A DNA stretch of 36,342 nucleotides from Candidatus Uhrbacteria bacterium. GTDB lineage: Bacteria > Patescibacteriota > Patescibacteriia > UBA9934 > UBA11717. Shown piece after piece: positions 17,939 to 23,862 of the stretch. Position numbers and translations under genes: made by a program. How positions within the stretch are numbered: position 1 is the stretch's first letter; every line of letters begins with the position of its first letter. The notes under the pieces are model-generated. The model was not told where the DNA came from. It ran no database searches and was given only the letters and a program-made list of their open reading frames with translations. The DNA lies in contig DOMJ01000004.1 of assembly GCA_003509895.1 (NCBI GenBank), positions 1 through 36,342 of the forward strand, written 5' to 3'.

Positions 17939-18808
17939 ATGAAGAATTTCACACCCCCGCAGTTGGACATGTTCCGGGAGGCCGCCGCATTGGAGGCCTC
18001 CGTACTCAACCTCAGCCGAGCCCAGTTCCAAGGAGTCCTGGGCCACAAGAGGCTTCGCGGCATGCTGCGAGACCTTCTGGTGGAGCTCGGACAGGAGCGC
18101 CCGCCCAACGCGGACGAGGCTCGCGTGCGTCTGTGGGACCATTTCCTGGGGGTCTCCGATACCCGCAAGGTCTTCGGGGACCTGATCTCGGACAACATGG
18201 TCCGAGAACTGGGCGACGTGCCTGATGCTCTGCTGGCTCGTGTCAAGGCGAGCCAAAGTTCGGGCGAGATGCCGCACCTCCGGCTCTTCCTGGATCCGGG
18301 GCTGTCTATCGACGTCATGGTCCAGGTGCGAGGCGTCAACTACCGGTCCACCTACGGCGACATGATGCTCGCCAGTACCAACCAGCCTTGCTGGCGGCTG
18401 ATGGATGTTCGCCGCTTGCACAACCAGAGTGCCCGGCGGATCCTGACCATGGAGCTGATGGGTCTTCTCTCCAAGGGCATCAGCCAGACGGGTGAGTTGA
18501 AGCAGCTCCAGCTCGTCCGCAAGGACACCGCTGGTCACACGGTCTATATGACCTCGCGACAGGAGGTTCAGGGCCACAAGGTGCAAATTATCGGGTCGGT
18601 TCGGCCGAGCCAGGAGATGACCATCACGGTCCCCCTGATCCGTCCGTCGAACCAGGAATGCCGGCACGCGACGCCGGAAGAGATCCGATCCGCCTACAAC
18701 AGGGAGATTGCGCTGGAAAGCGTTACGCTGCCTGACGGGAGGCGGTTCTTCTCCACCAGGATCGACGGAGTCGTTGTCCTGGTGAGCGAGATCACCTGGA
18801 TCAAGTAG
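17939..18808 (+). CDS. GC3-rich orphan protein A (289 aa from ATG 17939; the track ORF starts at 17885)
   Basis: The open frame has strong G/C third-position bias. GGGAGA SD sits 5 nt before ATG 17939 (MKNFTPPQLDMF...). No motif recognised. The long antisense ORFs here are the expected artefact of GC3 bias. Confidence 0.65.
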   Translation: MKNFTPPQLDMFREAAALEASVLNLSRAQFQGVLGHKRLRGMLRDLLVELGQERPPNADEARVRLWDHFLGVSDTRKVFGDLISDNMVRELGDVPDALLARVKASQSSGEMPHLRLFLDPGLSIDVMVQVRGVNYRSTYGDMMLASTNQPCWRLMDVRRLHNQSARRILTMELMGLLSKGISQTGELKQLQLVRKDTAGHTVYMTSRQEVQGHKVQIIGSVRPSQEMTITVPLIRPSNQECRHATPEEIRSAYNREIALESVTLPDGRRFFSTRIDGVVVLVSEITWIK

Positions 18809-18828
18809 CCCAGCGCCTAGCACCCACG

Positions 18829-18869
18829 AGGGGGGCGTCCGCAATCCTGCGGGCGTCCCCTCTCATTTT
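18829..18869 (+). terminator. Strong intrinsic terminator of cassette A
   Basis: GAGGGGGGCGTCCGCA-ATC-CTGCGGGCGTCCCCTC (about 15 bp with G-U pairs) followed by ATTTTAT. Confidence 0.75.
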
Positions 18870-18956
18870 ATCTATTCCCTATTGACGACTTCCGTTCTTT
18901 CTTATATCCTCTCGTTGCGTTTATTCTTCAAAAGACCCCATCCCGGCCTTGCCGGA

Positions 18957-18978
18957 GACAGCGGGTTCTCATCCCGTT
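18957..18978 (+). pseudogene. tRNA-Glu-like fragment: D-stem 3' strand plus a complete anticodon arm (CUC)
   Basis: GACAGCGGGTTCTCATCCCGTT compared with the intact gene's GACAGCAGGTTCTCATCCTGCA. The stem stays paired but is GC-richer. No T-arm follows. Confidence 0.6.
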
Positions 18979-19013
18979 TACGCTCGATCGTTGCTGAAGC
19001 GCAAAAATAGAAT

Positions 19014-19035
19014 GGCCCCATCGTCTAACGGTTAG
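19014..19035 (+). pseudogene. tRNA-Glu 5' fragment (acceptor 5' strand plus D-arm up to G22)
   Basis: GGCCCCATCGTCTAACGGTTAG is identical to 19200-19221. It then diverges into a GC hairpin, CCGGCGGAGCC-TGGTCC-GGCTTCGCCGG (19037-19064). Confidence 0.7.
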
Positions 19036-19199
19036 CCCGGCGGAGCCTGGTCCGGCTTCGCCGGAGACGTACATCTAATAAAATTCATGTATTATCTCTA
19101 CATAATAAAGAGTGATGTGTTTGATCGTATTTATATCGGTACAACAGCCCATATAGATACGCGTGTAACACAACACAAAATAAAGATTTTCTGTAATAC

Positions 19200-19274
19200 G
19201 GCCCCATCGTCTAACGGTTAGGACAGCAGGTTCTCATCCTGCAAATCCGGGTTCGATTCCCGGTGGGGTCACCA
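19200..19274 (+). tRNA. tRNA-Glu (anticodon CUC), CCA encoded
   Basis: I folded the cloverleaf by hand. Acceptor GGCCCCA/TGGGGTC, D-stem GTCT/GGAC, anticodon stem GCAGG/CCTGC with loop TTCTCAT, a 4-nt variable loop, T-arm CCGGG-TTCGATT-CCCGG, discriminator A, then CCA. Confidence 0.9.
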
Positions 19275-19409
19275 ACAAAAATGCATCAGCTTGCCTGGTG
19301 CTTTTTTGTTGGCACCTCCCGCGGAAATTGAATAAGAGGGATGGTAAGGGAGAACTTCTCCCTTACTTGGGGAGGGTAACAGCGAATCCGTTTTACGGAT
19401 GAGTGCCCT
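19263..19409 (+). repeat. 147-bp direct repeat, copy A (starts inside the tRNA-Glu 3' end)
   Basis: Hand alignment with 20613-20759 shows 142/147 identical positions. The five mismatches are at repeat positions 40, 60, 63, 64 and 72. Confidence 0.9.
19275..19312. terminator. Bidirectional terminator hairpin immediately after tRNA-Glu (part of the 147-bp repeat)
   Basis: ACAAAAA-TGCATCAG-CTTGC-CTGGTGC-TTTTTTGT. In copy B the extended stem is a perfect 18 bp and includes the CCA end. Confidence 0.65.
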
Positions 19410-19473
19410 AGGGGCGGAAGCTCCTAGGGAGAGTGGAGCCGCCCATAGTCACGGGCGTGCGAAGCGACGTGAG

Positions 19474-19491
19474 TTCCCGGTGGGGTCACCA
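19474..19491 (+). repeat. Exact 18-nt duplicate of the tRNA-Glu 3' end (TTCCCGGTGGGGTCACCA)
   Basis: Identical to 19257-19274. No T-arm or 5' acceptor partner lies upstream. Confidence 0.85.
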
Positions 19492-19493
19492 GA

Positions 19494-19527
19494 AACATCG
19501 TCTCAGAAATGAGGCGATGTTTTTTTG
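19494..19527 (+). terminator. Strong intrinsic terminator right after the duplicated tRNA 3' end
   Basis: AACATCGTCTCA-GAAA-TGAGGCGATGTT (12-bp stem, GNRA loop) followed by TTTTTTT. Confidence 0.8.
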
Positions 19528-19566
19528 TAATATTCCATATCCCTCCCTGATCCCTTTTACAAAGCT

Positions 19567-20361
19567 TTGAGGGGTGTATTCATTGGTGCTATACTTAGTT
19601 CACTGGTGGTAAGTATACATTGTTTATACTCTTCACTGGTTTTTTCATCAAGACTGTTGTGTATGGACGTTATGAAAATGACACCGAAGATTTATCGAGA
19701 TACCCCTTTCTTCTTTTGGAGCATGGTTGTGTACTTTTTGGTATTTCCGATCTTGTATCTTGTCATGGATATTTTCCTTGCCGTGTCCATTATTTTTCCT
19801 CTTGTTCTCATCGGATCGATAGGGAGCCTGATAAAAGATCGGTTGTTGGGCAAGGTTGGATCAATCTTACTTCTGCTTCCATTAGTCTTAGGGTTCATTC
19901 CAGAAGGTTCGAAAGAATTTCTCGAGGGCGTGTCGAGGTTGTATCCATATTTACTGATGCTGTTCTTTGTCGTTATTTCTGTCGTGGAATTTCATAAACA
20001 GTTCAAACAAAGAGTGCATGTAGAAGATAAACGTTTGACCGTTCTAAAGAGAGGTCTTGCTGTGAATGCATTTGTTGTATTTTTCGCAGGCTGGCAAGGA
20101 CTTGTTGACTATTCAAATGGTCAGACCCAGCCATTCCTATTGGCTATTGAAGAAAACGTGCCCTTCTTCAATAGCGTAAAACTTTTACATTTCATCCTTC
20201 CTGTATTTGCACTCATCTCACTTGTGGGATTCTGCGCTTCTCTTTTCATCTATCTCAAGCATAAAAGATACGGCAAGTACGTTCTTTGGTACGCGCTATC
20301 CTTATGCGTATCGTTGTTGCTGTTTAGCTTTTTGTTCATGCTAGGCATCGCAGGTGTTTAG
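19567..20361 (+). CDS. AT-rich polytopic membrane protein (264 aa; start uncertain)
   Basis: ORF track (TTG start; internal ATGs at MDVMKM). Six to seven hydrophobic helices. Its composition is clearly AT-richer than its surroundings. Confidence 0.55.
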   Translation: MRGVFIGAILSSLVVSIHCLYSSLVFSSRLLCMDVMKMTPKIYRDTPFFFWSMVVYFLVFPILYLVMDIFLAVSIIFPLVLIGSIGSLIKDRLLGKVGSILLLLPLVLGFIPEGSKEFLEGVSRLYPYLLMLFFVVISVVEFHKQFKQRVHVEDKRLTVLKRGLAVNAFVVFFAGWQGLVDYSNGQTQPFLLAIEENVPFFNSVKLLHFILPVFALISLVGFCASLFIYLKHKRYGKYVLWYALSLCVSLLLFSFLFMLGIAGV

Positions 20362-20612
20362 GATTTCTTGGGGCTGGTTAGAGAGAAGTTCTCAGATACT
20401 CACTCGGAACACATCCAGTATTTCACTTGGTGTTTTGTTTAGAGCAGTTATTACATTCTTATTCGAAGAAGTGTCTTTAAAATCTCCTAATAATACGGTA
20501 GTACATTGAATTAGATAACTCTTCCCGATCCGTCATACCCCCGCCACAACCAACTCTCGAAACTCCATCCACCCCCTCATCTCCTCCACCCATTGGTTCC
20601 AACGAAGTCCCC

Positions 20613-20759
20613 GTGGGGTCACCAACAAAAATGCATCAGCTTGCCTGGTGCATTTTTGTTGGCACCTCCCGTGGGGATTGAATCAGAGGGATGGTAAGGG
20701 AGAACTTCTCCCTTACTTGGGGAGGGTAACAGCGAATCCGTTTTACGGATGAGTGCCCT
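20613..20759 (+). repeat. 147-bp direct repeat, copy B (preceded by an imperfect tRNA 3' end, TCCCCGTGGGGTCACCA)
   Basis: See copy A. Confidence 0.9.
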
Positions 20760-20918
20760 CTACCCGATGTTGAATTTCTAAAAAGGAAAGAGTCCGTTGT
20801 GCAGGAACAAAGAATTAAGAACCAACTTAGTCAGGAAAAATATAAAGCCCGTGCTAAGAACGACGCGCTCCCAGTAGAGGGGACTTGTCGTCTCGCGCGG
20901 GGCGAGAGATGGGCGTTC

Positions 20919-21281
20919 TCAGATGCCAGAGATCTCCCGCACACGCGGGAGGAGTGGTAGAACGTCGTAGAGGAGCAGGCGGGAGTGGTGCCTGCCGGAG
21001 AGCTCTTGGAGGATCATCTCCTCGTGTCGAAGACACAGGAGCAACGTCACTCGAAGGTGCGTCAGATCACTTTCACCGTGTATTCCTATGATCTTCCTGC
21101 CGCGGTGGTGGTGAAGATGTGTCGGCGGGAACTCGCCGTTCTCAAGAAGCCTCGGTGTGAACGGGCTTCCGTTCTTGAGTGGTGCATCGCCGTCCAGACG
21201 CTGTGCGAGCGTCGCCCTATCGACGATTCCACCAAAACGATCAAGTTTCCACCACCAAACTCGGTTTTTCAAGTCGGGCAT
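20919..21281 (-). CDS. Small GC-rich orphan ORF (120 aa), possibly a truncated remnant
   Basis: GAGGAG SD 5 nt before ATG 21281 (MPDLKNRVWWWKLDRFGG...). GC-rich sequence continues for about 65 nt past the stop. No motif recognised. Confidence 0.4.
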   Translation of the reverse strand: MPDLKNRVWWWKLDRFGGIVDRATLAQRLDGDAPLKNGSPFTPRLLENGEFPPTHLHHHRGRKIIGIHGESDLTHLRVTLLLCLRHEEMILQELSGRHHSRLLLYDVLPLLPRVREISGI

Positions 21282-21532
21282 GATCACTCCTCAGATGTTT
21301 CGGCTGCCCCTGCCGTAGGGTGTCTTGCGACCCAAAAAGGTATCACAAAAGACGCCTTTTCGTCTAGGCGGCAGTGGCCTCGTATTTAACGACTCAACGA
21401 CAGGGTCACTAAATGCACATGAGTGAACACTCGTGTGTTTTGTTCTTCATTCTTCAATGTATCAAAATATCAACGGCAAAGGTCATAACCGTCCCTGCGG
21501 GTTTGTTGTCGTTGCCACTCGCCATCGCGTGG

Positions 21533-21570
21533 ATAAAAAGTTTAAGCCCCCAACCGGAAGGTGGAGGCTT
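21533..21570 (-). terminator. Terminator of the 171-aa GC3-rich ORF
   Basis: Minus strand AAGCCTCCACC-TTCC-GGTTGGGGGCTT followed by AAACTTTTTA. Confidence 0.55.
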
Positions 21571-21590
21571 GTCGTCGTTATTTGCCCTTG

Positions 21591-22106
21591 TTACTTGCAG
21601 ACCTGGCTCAAATCTGCCACAGAAGACAGAGCACCCTTGGCCTGCATGACTTTCAGGACGTCCCGATTGAGTCCCCCAAACTCCTCAGACACCCTGGTAA
21701 AGTGCCGGATCAGCTTCTCAAACTCCTTTTCAACCGCTAAATACCGGAACTCCGTGTACGGACGCTTGAGCTCCGCCTTGAAGGCGCTCAGCTCAAAGCG
21801 GTCGTATTCCCTATCGTCCAGGAAGATCTGGACCCCCATCACGGCAAGGATGAAGAGATTCTCATCCGCGTAACCTGTATCTCTGTTTGAGACCAACAGA
21901 GCCAGCGTTGCACGTGCCGTCTTCCAGAACTCTGCGTGCTTCTTGTAGAGCTGTTCCAGCTCCCAGGTCCTACACAGAATCTCCAGATCCATCGGTACTT
22001 GAGCAGACGGGGTCTTTTCGACCGCCCCCTCCGGCGTGGATAGCACCCTCGCCGGAAGCAGCACTCCAACCAACACCATCATCAATAAAAGCGACTTCCC
22101 TCGCAC
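21591..22106 (-). CDS. GC3-rich secreted orphan protein (171 aa from GTG 22106; the track ORF starts at 22193)
   Basis: A TTGACA-N17-TACTGT promoter lies inside the first 15 codons of the track ORF. AAGGAG SD sits 5 nt before GTG 22106. That start gives a classic signal peptide (RGK, then SLLLMMVLVGVLLPA). The rest uses CTG/GAG/AAG/TTC-type codons. Confidence 0.55.
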   Translation of the reverse strand: MRGKSLLLMMVLVGVLLPARVLSTPEGAVEKTPSAQVPMDLEILCRTWELEQLYKKHAEFWKTARATLALLVSNRDTGYADENLFILAVMGVQIFLDDREYDRFELSAFKAELKRPYTEFRYLAVEKEFEKLIRHFTRVSEEFGGLNRDVLKVMQAKGALSSVADLSQVCK

Positions 22107-22152
22107 GATGTCTCCTTGTAAACCTGTACCGATCACGAAAGCGAACAAAGCG

Positions 22153-22181
22153 ACAGTAAGGGAATGCCGTCGGTTTGTCAA
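22153..22181 (-). promoter_or_regulatory. Promoter of the 171-aa GC3-rich ORF, starting 16 nt after the CPA2 stop codon
   Basis: Minus strand TTGACA-N17-TACTGT. Confidence 0.5.
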
Positions 22182-22196
22182 TGGTTCTCTCACTTT

Positions 22197-23861
22197 TTAC
22201 GCGCCAAACTTTTTTGCCTCTGTGTGCCAAGAGCGCTTTGCCGTTTTCTTTTTTTTCAGCAGCTCGGAAAAAAACGCTCCTCCCATTACGCTCGGCACAA
22301 TCACAAACGTCGCTCCCCGTTTATACAATGAGTCCGCGTCTACGCTACTACGCGCCGTTACAATCACCACCGTTTTTGCCTTTTTTCTACCCACGAACCC
22401 TAAAATCTCCTCATTCACTTCCCTGTCCGGAATCGTAGAAACAATCAGCTTTGCCTTATGAGCTTGTACCGTATATAAAAGCTCTTCGTTAGAAACATCA
22501 CCATACGTTGCACGTACAGGAAAATCATTCAACCGTTCTATTTGATGTGGGTCGTAATCCACAACTAAAACGTCTTTGTGAACCCCCAGAAGAGATGACA
22601 AAATAGCCGCTCCCATATCTTGATACCCAAAAAGTAAAATCGCTGCGGCCCTTTCTCTTTTTCCATCACTTCCTTGCTGTTGTGGCGCCATCCATTCAAA
22701 GAGCCATCCAATTTTTTTGTAAATATGTTCACCATACAAAATAAGATAAGAGGAAATGGCAATCGTTACCATTCCAACAACGGTCGCCAGAGGTAATACG
22801 GTGGGATCAATCAACCCTGCAGCGATTCCACCCGCCAACACAATAAAAGAAAATTCGCTAATTTGTGCCACGGTCGCGCCCGTCATAAATCCCGCGCGAG
22901 GGTGATACCCTATAAAACGCAAAAGTGGCATCACAATCAACGGCTTCCCAATCAACACAAAAAGACTAAAGATAAGCGCCGGAAACCACACCGTTTGTAG
23001 TGAATCAAACGAAAGGTTTGTACCCAGCACAATAAAGAAGATAATGAGAAAGAAATCACGCAGTGGCTTGATTTTTAATTCAATTTCTCGATGGAAGCCT
23101 GTCCCCGCCAAAGAAATACCGGCCAGAAGCGCGCCAATCTCAATACCAAATCCCAGAAAAAAGAGAGCGCTTGTAACCACAAAGCACCAACCGATCGCCG
23201 TCAAAAAGAGCAGCTCCTGCAAACGGGCCGCATACCGAAACAGGCGAGGCAAAAGAAAGCGCGCCACAAACCACAATCCAATTAACACCACTCCCGCCTT
23301 GAGCAAGGAGGTAGAAATTAACTCGCCTAAACTACCGCCATCGCGTAGTGCCCCCAACACCAGCAGCAACCCCATTGCCAACAAATCCTGAACAATCAAA
23401 ATACCAACGCTCAATTTTCCGTGCAGTCGCTCAAGTTCCTCCTTATCTGCAAGCAACTTGACCACAACAATGGTACTGGAAAACGCAAAGGCGATCCCTA
23501 AAAAAAGACTTGTCGTCGCCGTAAATCCAAGCAGCGTTCCCACAGCAAAACCAAGACCCGCCGTAAGGAACGTTTGTCCCAGTCCAACCAAAATCGCCAC
23601 CGATCCAATCTCCTTCATGCGGCGCCAGTCCAAATTCATTCCAACAAGAAACAGTAGGAAGGCAATGCCCACCTCAGAAAAAGCAAGCATTGTTTCCGTC
23701 TGATGCACAAATCCCAAGACTCCGGGACCAATCATAAGCCCGGCCAACATATAAGCAATAATAAGCGGCTGCCTGATTCTAAAAGCCAATAAGGCCAAAC
23801 CACTGGCAATAATGATTACAAACGCAATCTGCAAAAAAATATTTTGAAGGAGAAACTCCAT
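22197..23861 (-). CDS. CPA2-family cation:proton antiporter with a C-terminal RCK/TrkA-N domain (Kef-type)
   Basis: 554 aa. About 12 TM helices, followed by a Rossmann-like ILLFGYQDMGAAI segment. Confidence 0.8.
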   Translation of the reverse strand: MEFLLQNIFLQIAFVIIIASGLALLAFRIRQPLIIAYMLAGLMIGPGVLGFVHQTETMLAFSEVGIAFLLFLVGMNLDWRRMKEIGSVAILVGLGQTFLTAGLGFAVGTLLGFTATTSLFLGIAFAFSSTIVVVKLLADKEELERLHGKLSVGILIVQDLLAMGLLLVLGALRDGGSLGELISTSLLKAGVVLIGLWFVARFLLPRLFRYAARLQELLFLTAIGWCFVVTSALFFLGFGIEIGALLAGISLAGTGFHREIELKIKPLRDFFLIIFFIVLGTNLSFDSLQTVWFPALIFSLFVLIGKPLIVMPLLRFIGYHPRAGFMTGATVAQISEFSFIVLAGGIAAGLIDPTVLPLATVVGMVTIAISSYLILYGEHIYKKIGWLFEWMAPQQQGSDGKRERAAAILLFGYQDMGAAILSSLLGVHKDVLVVDYDPHQIERLNDFPVRATYGDVSNEELLYTVQAHKAKLIVSTIPDREVNEEILGFVGRKKAKTVVIVTARSSVDADSLYKRGATFVIVPSVMGGAFFSELLKKKKTAKRSWHTEAKKFGA

Positions 23862-23862
23862 A

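Noticed and set aside
17695-18844. 214-aa and 330-aa ORFs antisense to cassette A.
   Set aside because: The same GC3 artefact. One would even run through the divergent promoter region. No RBS.
18943-19068. A functional circularly permuted or split tRNA gene.
   Set aside because: No T-arm or 3' acceptor strand accompanies the fragments, and an intact tRNA-Glu(CUC) lies 130 nt downstream. It is better read as a recombination relic.
19309-19491. tmRNA or another tRNA-like RNA using the duplicated acceptor/CCA tail.
   Set aside because: No 5' GGGG/GGCCCC partner for the acceptor strand, no T-arm, and no tag-peptide reading frame.
19263-20759. The 147-bp repeats as a diversity-generating retroelement TR/VR pair.
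   Set aside because: Three of the five mismatches are A-to-N, but the repeats are non-coding, there are only five differences, and no reverse transcriptase is in the window.
20985-21389. 134-aa plus-strand ORF in the small GC-rich block, as an alternative to the minus-strand 120-aa ORF.
   Set aside because: GTG start with no spacing to any SD-like sequence. It runs out into AT-rich intergenic sequence. The minus-strand ORF has GAGGAG-N5-ATG.
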